Positions 50,791 to 63,998 of a DNA stretch of 64,000 nucleotides are shown one piece after another (positions within the stretch are counted from its first letter, which is position 1; every line of letters starts with the position of its first letter). The translations under genes and the position numbers were made by a program. The notes under the pieces were generated by a model. That model was not told the origin of the DNA. It was given only the letters and a program-made list of their open reading frames with translations, and did no database searches. Source of the stretch: Octopus bimaculoides (lineage: Eukaryota); contig NC_068984.1 in NCBI RefSeq assembly GCF_001194135.2, positions 84,286,262 through 84,350,261 on the forward strand, in the 5' to 3' direction.

Positions 50791-52161
50791 ATACTTTCTA
50801 GGTGGTGTATTTCCTCTCATTGATTTAATTCACATAGACATATATTCACGACACCGACTACCTAATGAGTCGTTGTGCATTCTCAGAAGTTAATTATTAC
50901 TCTCAGATGAGCGAAGATAATACTGCTCATGTTCATACACATTCATCTGTCTATCTACCTCCCTACCTACCTACCTACCTACCTANNNNNNNNNNNNNNN
51001 NNNNNNNNNNNNNNNNNNNNNNNNNNNNNNNNNNNNNNNNNNNNNNNNNNNNNNNNNNNNNNNNNNNNNNNNNNNNNNNNNNNNNNNNNNNNNNNNNNNN
51101 NNNNNNNNNNNNNNNNNNNNNNNNNNNNNNNNNNNNNNNNNNNNNNNNNNNNNNNNNNNNNNNNNNNNNNNNNNNNNNNNNNNNNNNNNNNNNNNNNNNN
51201 NNNNNNNNNNNNNNNNNNNNNNNNNNNNNNNNNNNNNNNNNNNNNNNNNNNNNNNNNNNNNNNNNNNNNNNNNNNNNNNNNNNNNNNNNNNNNNNNNNNN
51301 NNNNNNNNNNNNNNNNNNNNNNNNNNNNNNNNNNNNNNNNNNNNNNNNNNNNNNNNNNNNNNNNNNNNNNNNNNNNNNNNNNNNNNNNNNNNNNNNNNNN
51401 NNNNNNNNNNNNNNNNNNNNNNNNNNNNNNNNNNNNNNNNNNNNNNNNNNNNNNNNNNNNNNNNNNNNNNNNNNNNNNNNNNNNNNNNNNNNNNNNNNNN
51501 NNNNNNNNNNNNNNNNNNNNNNNNNNNNNNNNNNNNNNNNNNNNNNNNNNNNNNNNNNNNNNNNNNNNNNNNNNNNNNNNNNNNNNNNNNNNNNNNNNNN
51601 NNNNNNNNNNNNNNNNNNNNNNNNNNNNNNNNNNNNNNNNNNNNNNNNNNNNNNNNNNNNNNNNNNNNNNNNNNNNNNNNNNNNNNNNNNNNNNNNNNNN
51701 NNNNNNNNNNNNNNNNNNNNNNNNNNNNNNNNNNNNNNNNNNNNNNNNNNNNNNNNNNNNNNNNNNNNNNNNNNNNNNNNNNNNNNNNNNNNNNNNNNNN
51801 NNNNNNNNNNNNNNNNNNNNNNNNNNNNNNNAATTTAGGAAGGGCCTTGCTAGTCTGCCAGATAGATGGACGCTCATTGTAGAAAATGAAGGAGAGTATA
51901 TTTTAGATCTAAAAAGAATGTTGTTTATCTTAACTTTGGAAAATAAAAGAAATATAAAAGTCCGCATTATTTATGGGATGACCCAATATATATATATATA
52001 TATATATATATGACACCGACTACCTAATGAGTCGTTGTGCATTCCCAGAAGTTAATTATCTCTCTTAGATGAGCAAAGATTATACTGCTCATGTTCATGC
52101 ACATCTATCTATCTATCTATCTGCCTGTCTGTCTGTCTGTATCTCTCTCTCTATCTCTCTC

Positions 52162-52212
<51 letters not shown>

Positions 52213-52499
52213 CTATGTGTGTGAGAGGAGAATTTATATGTCTATAAATATACATATATATATTTTATACATATATATGTATATATGCATACACACACAC
52301 ACAGACACACACATTGCAGCTTTTTAACAATACCCCTGAGACCACCATTAACAAGCCATAAATGTTGTCTATACTATCATGTTCACAATCACAACCAGCA
52401 GCGACTTAGTCTTACCAGCAATGTCATAACCAAGACAACTACCTTCCTCACCCACTCACAACTATCATCACTACAATTACCAGTACCATCAAACCAACA

Positions 52500-52618
52500 C
52501 TGCCACCATCACCACCACCACCACCACCACTGCCACTACCCCTACTACTACTACTACTACTACTACCACTACTACTACCACCACCACCACTACTACTACT
52601 ACCACCACCACCACCACC

Positions 52619-52657
<39 letters not shown>
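52500..52657. repeat. (CAC)/(TAC)n interleaved trinucleotide tract
   Basis: Directly visible, runs into a gap; produces a spurious His/Tyr ORF. Confidence 0.95.
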
Positions 52658-52933
52658 NNNNNNNNNNNNNNNNNNNNNNNNNNNNNNNNNNNNNNNNNNN
52701 NNNNNNNNNNNNNNNNNNNNNNNNNNNNNNNNNNNNNNNNNNNNNNNNNNNNNNNNNNNNNNNNNNNNNNNNNNNNNNNNNNNNNNNNNNNNNNNNNNNN
52801 NNNNNNNNNNNNNNNNNNNNNNNNNNNNNNNNNNNNNNNNNNNNNNNNNNNNNNNNNNNNNNNNNNNNNNNNNNNNNNNNNNNNNNNNNNNNNNNNNNNN
52901 NNNNNNNNNNNNNNNNNNNNNNNNNNNNNNNNN

Positions 52934-52971
<38 letters not shown>

Positions 52972-53510
52972 TGAGCGTGCTTAATTATTACATGTTTATA
53001 TACACACACACATGTATATGTATGTGTGTATATATATATATATATATGTGCATATATATACACACACATACATACGCACACACATATTTATTTATCTGTA
53101 TGTGTGCATGTCTACATATCAGCATGTAGTCATATTTCTTTGCCCCACCCTCATCTCCCAACGCAATCTCCTTACCCAACCTCTTACCTCTCTACGTGTC
53201 TTCCTCTCTTTTATCTACCTGAAAATATTTCCTTTATTTTTCTCTGTTTTCCCATATTTTGTTCTAACTGGAACACACCCAACGGCACTGGGCTGTTATA
53301 ATACAACTCTATACGCGTAAACGAACACATATAGCCAGCCCCCACACATTTTTGCATTTGAGTGTTAATGCGTATACACATATATATTTAAATATGCACG
53401 TGTATATATTTGTGTGCGTGTGTATATACTTCTGAGTATATATGCGCGTATATACATAGATATAAATATATGTATACATGTGTATTTATATGTACGTATG
53501 TATGTAGAAA

Positions 53511-53551
<41 letters not shown>

Positions 53552-54569
53552 ATTTGTTAATGTTTATTTTTGTGTTTATCTATAATAAAGGCAATTTTAC
53601 ATTAATCTGATAGATTACTCTTTACTGTTGTAGCAAACCATATTCTTAAACAAGAATATTGTTGGCTGCGATGCATTTAAGTTAANNNNNNNNNNNNNNN
53701 NNNNNNNNNNNNNNNNNNNNNNNNNNNNNNNNNNNNNNNNNNNNNNNNNNNNNNNNNNNNNNNNNNNNNNNNNNNNNNNNNNNNNNNNNNNNNNNNNNNN
53801 NNNNNNNNNNNNNNNNNNNNNNNNNNNNNNNNNNNNNNNNNNNNNNNNNNNNNNNNNNNNNNNNNNNNNNNNNNNNNNNNNNNNNNNNNNNNNNNNNNNN
53901 NNNNNNNNNNNNNNNNNNNNNNNNNNNNNNNNNNNNNNNNNNNNNNNNNNNNNNNNNNNNNNNNNNNNNNNNNNNNNNNNNNNNNNNNNNNNNNNNNNNN
54001 NNNNNNNNNNNNNNNNNNNNNNNNNNNNNNNNNNNNNNNNNNNNNNNNNNNNNNNNNNNNNNNNNNNNNNNNNNNNNNNNNNNNNNNNNNNNNNNNNNNN
54101 NNNNNNNNNNNNNNNNNNNNNNNNNNNNNNNNNNNNNNNNNNNNNNNNNNNNNNNNNNNNNNNNNNNNNNNNNNNNNNNNNNNNNNNNNNNNNNNNNNNN
54201 NNNNNNNNNNNNNNNNNNNNNNNNNNNNNNNNNNNNNNNNNNNNNNNNNNNNNNNNNNNNNNNNNNNNNNNNNNNNNNNNNNNNNNNNNNNNNNNNNNNN
54301 NNNNNNNNNNNNNNNNNNNNNNNNNNNNNNNNNNNNNNNNNNNNNNNNNNNNNNNNNNNNNNNNNNNNNNNNNNNNNNNNNNNNNNNNNNNNNNNNNNNN
54401 NNNNNNNNNNNNNNNNNNNNNNNNNNNNNNNNNNNNNNNNNNNNNNNNNNNNNNNNNNNNNNNNNNNNNNNNNNNNNNNNNNNNNNNNNNNNNNNNNNNN
54501 NNNNNNNNNNNNNNNNNNNNNNNNNNNNNNNNNNNNNNNNNNNNNNNNNNNNNNNNNNNNNNNNNNNNA

Positions 54570-55551
54570 AGGTTCTAAGGCCGCAAAAGCTGCTCGTGAC
54601 ATTTGTGCTGTGTATGGAGAGGGTGCCATAGCTGAAAGAACCGCTCGTGATTGGTATGCCTAGTTCAAAAATGGAAATTTTGACCTCAAAGACGCACCTC
54701 GTTCTGGCCGTCCAGTTGAGTTCGATGACGAGCGATTATACCAACTATTGCACGAAAATTCTCGTCATACAAGGGAACTGGCAGAGAAAATGGAATGCTC
54801 CCACACTGCTATAGAGAAGCATCTTCACTCGATGGGAAAGGTTCAGAAGTATGGAGCATGGGTTCCGCATGCTTTAAGTGGCAACAACAAAAATCAACGA
54901 GTCACAATCTCTGTTGGTTTACTTGCTCGTCACCGCTCAATTCATGGACGCAAGCAACGATTTCTTTACCAAATCGTTACTGGCGACGAAAAATGGTGCC
55001 TGTACATCAATATGAAGCAGCATAAGGAATGGCTTAGTCCCGGTAAACAAACGACACCACGCGTGAAACAAGATCTTCATCCGCGTAAAACGACGTTGTG
55101 CGTATGGTGGGACTGGGAAGAGATTATCCATTACGAATTGCTTGAACGGAACCGAACGGTTAACGCAGAACTCTATGTTCAACAGATGGAACGACTCAAC
55201 ACGGCTATTCAAGAGAAAAGACTTAATTGGCAGCATGGAGTTCTTCTGCTGCACGACAACGCCCACCCTCATATCGCCAATATGAGCAAGGAAGCCATTC
55301 AGACTCATAGCTGGGAAGTGCTGCCACACTCGCTGTACTCTCCTGATTTGGCACCAACGGATTTCCGCCTCTTTCGATCTCTTTCAAATACTATGCGCAG
55401 AGTTTCGTTCAGTACTGATGCAGAATTGAAAGCTTGGTTGGATCAATATTTCGAGTCCAATTCGGGTGATTTCTCCCAACGAAGTATAGAAAATCTTTTT
55501 GAACGTTGGGAAGTAGTTGTAAAGAACAAGGGTGAATACATTATTGATTAA
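54570..55551 (+). pseudogene. Mariner DD34D transposase, 5' end lost in gap, one in-frame TAG at 54661
   Basis: WVPHAL, IVTGDEKW, HDNAHPH and YSPDLAPTD with 34 residues between the last two Asp; open from 54664 to the stop at 55551. Confidence 0.93.
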
Positions 55552-55596
55552 TTAGTTGTCATTTTTTATTAAACCTTTTAAAAAATTTAAATTTTT

Positions 55597-55629
55597 AAAA
55601 ACGGCGGGAATTTAGTTGCCAACCCAATA
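55597..55629 (-). repeat. Mariner 3' TIR plus TA
   Basis: rc TATTGGGTTGGCAACTAAATTCCCGCCGTTTT, a typical mariner terminus. Confidence 0.85.
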
Positions 55630-56529
55630 TTTCTTGAAATTTTCAGTTAACATAGTTTAATTTTTGTTCAACATCTTAACCAAAGTAAATAGATGACTCA
55701 TCTACGTACTTTGATCTCAACATGGGGCTCCTCAATTGCGGAGGCCCCCTACGACCGCAGTGGTTGCAAGAGCTTAGCGACAGCCCTGGGTGTATGGATT
55801 TGAGCGGAATCGTAATTAGGTTTTATGGTAGGTTGTTATGGAGGGGTATTTCGGAGAAATTTTTACTGATTAAATTTATGTTGTTTTTTTTTTTTAATTT
55901 GGTAAGAAGTGTGCAATTTAAAAAAAATTTGTAAGGAAGTATGCATATTTAGATGAGTTCCATTTGGTAGGTAGGTAAAGGATATGTCAGTAGTTTTGGT
56001 TGTTTTTTTTTATTTCTGGCTTTATGAGATTTAATTTTTTGCTTTGACAATGCAAAGGTCAAAGGGACAAAGTCCAGTCTTTTAAACTTATTAATTGTGT
56101 ATGTCAGCTGTTTTTAATAGAAATTTTTAGGGATTCACGAAAGAATATAAGTAGGTGGTATGTTTTAGCAGGTTAGTTTCTTTACTTGCTGTTGTTGTTA
56201 TTCAGGATATTTCCTGTTTATATTTGGAAGATGGAGTTATTAGTCAAGCATGTTATGGTGTTGTAAATATAGAAATTTATCTTGTGCTTTGATGTTCAAA
56301 AACGGATGTGGGTAGGTGAATTGGTTATTGGTCTGTATGTTTCTCTCAATGTGTTTTGTAGGTATTCATTGTTCTATTCGCAATTTGATATCTATGTAGA
56401 AATTCTGTTCCAAACGTGGATATTATATAATATATCATTTTAGACTTCTGGATATATGCGAAAGTTGGGCATTGTTAAAGGTGTGTGTCTATTAATGTAT
56501 AAAAATGGATATAAAAATAAATTTAATTT

Positions 56530-57218
56530 AGGAGTGGCTGTGTGGTAAGTAGCTTGCTTACCAACCACATGGTTCCGGGTTCAGTCCCACTGCGTGGCAC
56601 CTTGGGCAAGTGTCTTCTACTATAGCCTCGGGCCAACCAAAGCCTTGTGAGTGGATTTGGTAGACGGAAACTGAAAGAAGCCCGTCGTATATATGTATAT
56701 ATATATATGTATATGCGTGTGTATGTTTGTATGTCTGTGTTTGTCCCCGCAACATCACTTGACAACCGATGCTGGTGTGTTTAGGTCCCTGTAACTTAGC
56801 GGTTCGGCAAAAGAGGCCGATAGAATAAGTACTAGGCTTACAAAGAATAAGTCCTGNNNNNNNNNNGTCCCACTGCGTGGCACCTTGGGCAAGTGTCTTC
56901 TACTATAGCCTCGGGCCAACCAAAGCCTTGTGAGTGGATTTGGTAGACGGAAACTGAAAGAAGCCCGTCGTATATATGTATATATATATATGTATATGCG
57001 TGTGTATGTTTGTATGTCTGTGTTTGTCCCCGCAACATCACTTGACAACCGATGCTGGTGTGTTTAGGTCCCTGTAACTTAGCGGTTCGGCAAAAGAGGC
57101 CGATAGAATAAGTACTAGGCTTACAAAGAATAAGTCCTGGGGTCGATTTGCTCGACTAAGGGCGGTGCTCCAGCATGGCCACAGTGAAATGACTTAAACA
57201 AGTAAAGAGTAAAGAGTA
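56530..57218 (+). mobile_element. SINE family B, full length, with artefactual internal duplication across a 10-N gap
   Basis: Head GGAGTGGCTGTGTGGTAAG..GGGTTCAGTCCC, CORE-like ACCTTGGGCAAGTG, internal (TA/TG)n, tail (AAGAGTA)n. Confidence 0.92.
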
Positions 57219-57725
57219 ATGATTAAAAATTTTTAATATTTAAAACAAGAAACGGAAGAAGAAATATTAAAAAAGAAAAGCGTCTTCCAACTTGCTTGCA
57301 TAGAAATTGATGTGTGTGCTTGTTGGTTTGAGGACTTATAAAAATTTTCTGTGGGGACTTTGGTTGGAGATACGGAAGCTTTTAGATCATTTGTACAGTA
57401 CTTGTTTTGTATTAAGCTGCAAGAGCGACTTTTATGTATATTGTGGGGATGTGCGTTTGTATGTATATATGTATATATGAGTGTGCGTGTGTGTGTGTGT
57501 ATGTATATATATGTAAATATTTATATTCCTATGTACTGTATATGTATCCTTGTACGTATGTATGTCTACATACCTACATGCATACGCACACATATACATG
57601 TATACCTACCTACCTACCTACCTACCTACCTACCAACCGACCTACCTACCTATTTATATATATATGTGTGTATGCGTGTGCGTAGTATGTATGTATGCAT
57701 GCGTGTGTGTGTGTGCGTGTGCGTG

Positions 57726-57756
<31 letters not shown>

Positions 57757-57781
57757 TGTGTGTGTAGAAATTATATATATA

Positions 57782-57958
57782 TAGGCGCAGGAGTGACTGT
57801 GTGGTAAGTCGTTTGCTTACCAACCACATGGTTCTGGGTTCAGTCCCATTGCGTGGTACCGTGGGCAAGTGTCCTCTACTATAGCCTCGGGTCGACCAAA
57901 GCCTTGTGAGTGGATTTGGTAGACAGAAAATGAAAGCCCGTCGTATATATATATATAT
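57782..57958 (+). mobile_element. SINE family B 5' half, cut by gap
   Basis: GGCGCAGGAGTGACTGTGTGGTAAG...AAAGCCCGTCGTATATA. Confidence 0.88.
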
Positions 57959-58509
57959 NNNNNNNNNNNNNNNNNNNNNNNNNNNNNNNNNNNNNNNNNN
58001 NNNNNNNNNNNNNNNNNNNNNNNNNNNNNNNNNNNNNNNNNNNNNNNNNNNNNNNNNNNNNNNNNNNNNNNNNNNNNNNNNNNNNNNNNNNNNNNNNNNN
58101 NNNNNNNNNNNNNNNNNNNNNNNNNNNNNNNNNNNNNNNNNNNNNNNNNNNNNNNNNNNNNNNNNNNNNNNNNNNNNNNNNNNNNNNNNNNNNNNNNNNN
58201 NNNNNNNNNNNNNNNNNNNNNNNNNNNNNNNNNNNNNNNNNNNNNNNNNNNNNNNNNNNNNNNNNNNNNNNNNNNNNNNNNNNNNNNNNNNNNNNNNNNN
58301 NNNNNNNNNNNNNNNNNNNNNNNNNNNNNNNNNNNNNNNNNNNNNNNNNNNNNNNNNNNNNNNNNNNNNNNNNNNNNNNNNNNNNNNNNNNNNNNNNNNN
58401 NNNNNNNNNNNNNNNNNNNNNNNNNNNNNNNNNNNNNNNNNNNNNNNNNNNNNNNNNNNNNNNNNNNNNNNNNNNNNNNNNNNNNNNNNNNNNNNNNNNN
58501 NNNNNNNNN

Positions 58510-58607
58510 TCTATCAGCCTCTTTTGCTGAACCGCTAAGTTACGGGGACGTAAACACACCACCATCGGTTGTCAAGCGATGGTGAGGGGACAAACACAGA
58601 TACACAA

Positions 58608-58669
<62 letters not shown>

Positions 58670-58818
58670 GACGGGCTTCTTTCAGTTTCCGTCTACCAAA
58701 TCCACTCACAAGGCTTTGGTCGGCCCGAGGCTATAGTAGAAGACACTTGCCCAAGGTGCCACGCAGTGGGACTGAACCCGGAACCATGTGGTTGGTAAGC
58801 ATGCTAATTACCACACAG
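58510..58818 (-). mobile_element. SINE family B
   Basis: Near-identical reverse complement of the 56530 copy with internal (CA)/(TA)n. Confidence 0.9.
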
Positions 58819-59499
58819 CCAATCTTACCTATGCATACATAGTGAGAAGAATGACTTGAGTATGTACTTATTTATGAGTGTTAGTGTTGTGGCTGTATTT
58901 GCTGTTACCGTCGTAGTCGTCGTCGTCGTCGTTGTTGTTGTTGTTTGCCATTTTTATCATATTATAATCTTAGCAGTAAAATGTTGGCGAGTAAACGTCT
59001 TTGATTCAGACAAGACGTTTGGGTTAGCCATTACGTAACATTTTTTTCTGCCTGCAAATTGAAAGATATTTATTTGCGTAGGCGGTAGTGGGTGTAATTA
59101 ACACTAATACTCGTTTGCTTTTCTTTTATGTATTTATTGTTTGTTTATAATTCTAGGCAGCAATAACAAAAACAAGAGAACAGTCAACACTCTGGCAAGA
59201 TTCCTACCATATGGTACCAGATGAATGAACTACTGTATATGGCTACTGTGGTAACAGCATCACCATCAGCACCAGCACCAACACCAACACCAACACCACC
59301 AGTAGCACCACCACCAACAACAACAACAGCAACAACACTGCCAACAACAACAATAACGTTTTCTAATTTAGGCACGAGGCCAATTTTGAGGCGAAAGGTT
59401 TTGTCGACACTGTTGTCCTTTATTATATTAATCTCGAAAGGATGACCTTGGCGGGATTGAACTCAGAACGTGAGCATCTGTAACAACAGTAGATATAAC

Positions 59500-61440
59500 A
59501 CAGGAATTGAAAAAAAAACAACAACCGGAAGGTACCCAGATATGACAAGATTCCCATTGCCCGGTTAAAATGTGTAACAGGTACACATAAGATGCTAGCA
59601 GAGAAGTTTAATTAGATGTTAGTTTAGCCAGAGACAACATTTGACTGGCTTACGGAGCGGAAACCAATCTCAATCACCATGTTTACAAAAACCACGAATC
59701 CGCAAGACTACAGACTTATACCATGTCTTCCTACAAACTACAAATTCTTAACTGCAATAATATCGCAGATAGTAAGCAAATATCTAAAAGAAAACCCCTC
59801 CCCTATTTTGTTTGTAATCACATTGATCCTTTTGTTGATAATTGTAAACGAAACCAAGAGAAGATGCTTATTGAGCTGGCAGAAAAGTTATCACGCCGGG
59901 CGAAATGCTAAGCGGTATTTCGTCTGCCGTTACGTTCTGAGTTCAAACTCCGCCGAGGTCGACTTTGCCTTTCATCCTTTCGGGGTCGATTAAATAAGTA
60001 CCAGTAACGCACTGGGGATCGATGTAATCGACTTAATCCCTTTGTCTGTCCTTGTTTGTCCCCTCTATATTTAGCCCTTTGTGGGCAATAAAGAAATAAG
60101 AATAGGGGAAAAGATGACTGTGGATGATTTAAGGCTGTACATTCAAAACAGATAAGGAATATCGCAAGAATATTTAGTTGTAACATTGGGATGACATTCA
60201 GAATCGAGACGTCTGCGATGATTAAGGTGAAGCGGAGAAAATGAATAAAGAACTTGTACAGATCTACCTAATCATGAGAATATAAAACATTATATGTAGA
60301 TGAAACACATAAATAGTTGGGAATACTGGAATGCAATAAAACCAAAAGTATGGAAATGAAGGAAGCCCTCGCTAAAGAAGATTTTCGAAGAATGAATACG
60401 ATATTAAAATCCAAATTGTATGTGTGAAACATCATATACGCTGAGAATAGTATCTCTAATAAAATATGGAACAGGATGAGCAGAAGGATATCGACAAAAA
60501 GACCGAGGAAGCAGCTCAACACGCACCCCTAGCCGGATGTCGAATGGTTAAACTGGAAAAGAACAAACAAGAAGTAAAGGGATAATTAGTAAAGATGAAG
60601 TGGCAGAACAACAGAAAACAAGTATAGGCTTCTATCTAGAAAAAAAGTTCTTAAAAATCTGAAGAATTTTAAGAGAAAGCAGGAATATATGAAAAAAAAA
60701 AAACATGTAAGTCAAACTTCGAAGAAAAGAAGTTTCATTTAGCGTTTTCTTTTTCTTTCTTCCTTTCTTTCTTTTCTTTTCTTTCTTTTCTTTTTTCTTT
60801 TTTTTTTTTGTTCACAAGAACAAGAAATAAGGAATGACATGGACAGCTGGCTTTGGTTAAAGAATGAAGTATTGAAGAAAGAGATCGAAGGAATGATTTT
60901 TAACAGCACAGGAACAGGCCCCCAAAATAAACAAGAATAAGCCAATAGGGCTGTTCACCTAAATGTAGAATATACGATAGTTCAGGGAAAACTGTAACTC
61001 ACAGTATATCGGAAAGTTCACTATTAGCTCACAAAAGTATAGACATGATAAAAATGCTGCAATAATTCAATGGAATTTTGCATTCACAGAAAACAACAAC
61101 AGCTGTAGCTATTTTATGGGAAAATAGACATATACAATCCTGTTAAATGCGGGTTAGCTTGATTGTGGAAAATGAACGAAGTGAAGACAGTGCCAACTAT
61201 TGTTCGGTTCTTGGGGATAATATTAAAAGGCATCAAGAGGAATATAAAGAAAATCGGAATAGAGTGCCCAGTAGAGCTATTATACAAGTTTTGCTCCTTA
61301 GCACGGCCAGAATCATCAGGAAAGTATTAATTGAAAAGAACAAATAGCATGGTACCGTAGGCTTCAGGTAGCAAGCCTTGCTACGCATGCAAGTCTCCAG
61401 GAGTTCCAACAAAACCTGAGCTAAAAGAAAATACTTATAA
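59500..61440 (+). mobile_element. R4/Dong-clade RLE LINE remnant with nested SINE
   Basis: YDKIP, NPQDYRLIPCLPTNYKFLTAII, MKEALAKEDFRRMNTILKSKL, IDKKTR, WLWLKNEVLKKEIEGMILTAQEQA, KCRI.D...TVTH, RHDK.AAIIQW, terminal LLSTARIIRKVL. Heavily deleted. Confidence 0.85.
59872..60100 (+). mobile_element. SINE family C nested in R4-like LINE
   Basis: GAGCTGGCAGAAAAG..CACGCCGGGCGAAATGC...GCCCTTTGTGGGCAATAAAGAAATAA; close to the 28645 copy. Confidence 0.9.
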
Positions 61441-61925
61441 TTTCTTTTATTTACTACAAAGGGGACAAATAAAAGGAATATTACAAGGACAAATTCTAAA
61501 AGCGGTTGGTGTTTAATCAGAATCGATTATATAAAAAGAAAAGGCGTGGAAAAGGGGAAAATACGTATAAAACACTTGAAACGTCCCAGTACTAAAGCAC
61601 CTAAATCGAACCAATCAAGAAACTCTTCAGGTTCAGGATTCTTGGGGTATATATCCTCTCCCAGTTGTGTTCTTCGTCCTACAAATGTACACTGATAGCA
61701 GATCCATTCACCTAAGCCATTCTTGGCATTTTCATCTACCTTTCAGGAAATTTACAAGACAGCAGCACCACTCTCTCCATCTTCACCCACGTCCTTAAGT
61801 GGAACTCGAAGAAGCGGTTGAAGAGATGACCGAAGAGGGAATTGTCTACTTTCAGCCCCATTAATCTTATCCACCATCGTGGCAAGTTATGACTCAAGTT
61901 ATGACTGTCATAACTTCAGTTATAA

Positions 61926-61974
61926 CTTGTACTGAAGAGCCTCTGCATCCACAGATGAAACTCATTGTATCAAG
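61926..61974 (+). ncRNA. Type I hammerhead-like motif
   Basis: CTTG(T)A-CTGAAGA-GCC-TCTG/CATCCA/CAGA-T-GAAAC-TCATT-GTA^TCAAG: core, GAAAC, GUA triplet and stem I with one bulge. Confidence 0.5.
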
Positions 61975-62431
61975 AGACTGACTCGACCTAAATAAAATTT
62001 ATTATTAATCTCAACTATGGTATTGTGTACTCTTTTTTTCGGCAGCCTACATTAAATGGATATAAATTATATATCAAAAATTGGCCATTGACTAATATCT
62101 TTTTCACTCACTGTACAGTTTTATCTTGCCGTTTAAGCTTTTTTAATATTCCAAAGTATTAAATATGCTTTAGCCCAACTTAACGAAGTCTATCTAGTCA
62201 ACATCTGAGAGATGCGAATGTTTAATCACTGTTTACAACACAGGATGTGGTGTATCGAAAGAAGAAAACATTACCCATGAGGTTATATAACAGCAACAGG
62301 AACATCTTCCCACTCAACTTACATCTGTCTTCCTCAGTCTAGCCGCTTAAAGAAAGGAAAAAAGAAAGAAAAGAGAATGAGAAGAGAAAGAAAGAGAGAA
62401 AGAATGAAAGGAAGGAAAAGAAAAGAATGGA

Positions 62432-62463
<32 letters not shown>

Positions 62464-62519
62464 ATAAGCAAATACAGAGGAAATGAGCCGAAAATCCGGT
62501 AAACCAGAGCCAAATAGCA

Positions 62520-63390
62520 TCTTCAAGATATGTGAGACATACTTGGATACAGGCTATTGGCTGGGAAGAAGTGTAGGCTAAACTGTTGCCGCGGAGTAGC
62601 ATGACGATGGGTGAGAGGTGGTGTCAGGTGAAAGATTCTCGAATGATGAAGTAGCGCGTTGTCGAGTTTAGATGTTGTTGAATATGATTTTGTCTATTGA
62701 CGGTCGTCAAGCGAGGAGTGCCGACTAAGAGATGACGTGGGCGTTATTTAGCTGCGTGTCAGAGCTCTGATCGATCAGACCTACGGTCAAAGACTTGCCG
62801 ACCGTAACAAGTTTATCTTTTTGGAAGGTTCAGAATCCTTAGGGGCGCATTTTTTAAGGTTTTCTTCTTCTTTAAAACCGTTGAATGAGAGACTTTTAAT
62901 GGCATGAACATATTGAGAAATTATCCGTGGGTCCCAATAGTTTAGAGACTCAATGCTATGTATTCTATGACCTAGACAGTAGCGTTGCTGGGGGTCGAGG
63001 GGGCAGTCCGCTTGGGTAACGCTTTCATGGAGGGGCGGCACTTTTGGGTCTTCCATATAAACCTGTATAGGCTTGAAGCTCTCGAGGGAGCAAACTCAAG
63101 GGCTGCTTCGGTGGCATACACTCTAGCTACCCCACTGGCCATAGAGCATTGATATGCTTGGGTTAAGGGGAATGCTATAATACTGTGAGGCCAGCCCTGT
63201 GTAGAGTGTATTATGAGAGGGAAAATGTTGCTGTTATCTTTAACAGGTTATGCGACCACGTAGAAACCTTTTGGTGGTTCGCAGGTTCACTCATTAAAGG
63301 AGAGGTGTGTTGAGAGAGAGAACGAGAAGCATTACGAGGGGAGAAGCGGAGGAACGGAGGTAAGTGAAACCGAAGTTTTAGGGTAAATTT
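62520..63390 (-). mobile_element. Possible decayed non-LTR retrotransposon 5' region
   Basis: GC-richer block; rc HIQQHLNSTTRYFIIRESFT loosely resembles the start of an APE endonuclease. Confidence 0.25.
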
Positions 63391-63597
63391 CAGCAGTTCA
63401 TCTCATGCTCTGACATGTGACTTGCAACACGTGAGTAGTCACAGTTGCAAGGTAAACAACACCTTTTCTTCAGCGTCATTAACAGAAATAGAGTAGGTAC
63501 CTGTATGTGTATGTGTTTGTGTATGTATGTATGTATGTATGTATGTATGTGCGTGTGTATAAACACACATATATATATACACGCATATATATATACA

Positions 63598-63629
<32 letters not shown>

Positions 63630-63955
63630 TGTGTTTATCTTCACGTGCCATCTCATTTATTTATTTTGACTAAGGTATCATGGAGATGAAAACCGATAGA
63701 GCGAAAAAAAAAATGATAACAGAAGAAAAAGAGGCCGAAGAGAAATAGAGGGGGTAAAAGATAGGAAGCGATGAGTAGACTAATATTCGCGCAGACTCAC
63801 AAACTCACAAATACGCACAGACTCATGCACCCGAGCACATACATGGTACTTACTCATGCACTTGCACACGCACCATGTTTCATTCCTGCCTTTACCTCTA
63901 CTCTTTACATACATGCAAAAGGGAATTTAAAAAAAAAAAGAGAGAGAACTACAGA

Positions 63956-63998
<43 letters not shown>

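Noticed and set aside
55930-56520. LINE RT remnant on the minus strand
   Set aside because: Only LQNTLR-like echoes; insufficient to call.
56584-57139. Apparent tandem SINE duplication
   Set aside because: Identical copies, including microsatellite length, on both sides of a 10-N gap; a typical unmerged contig overlap.
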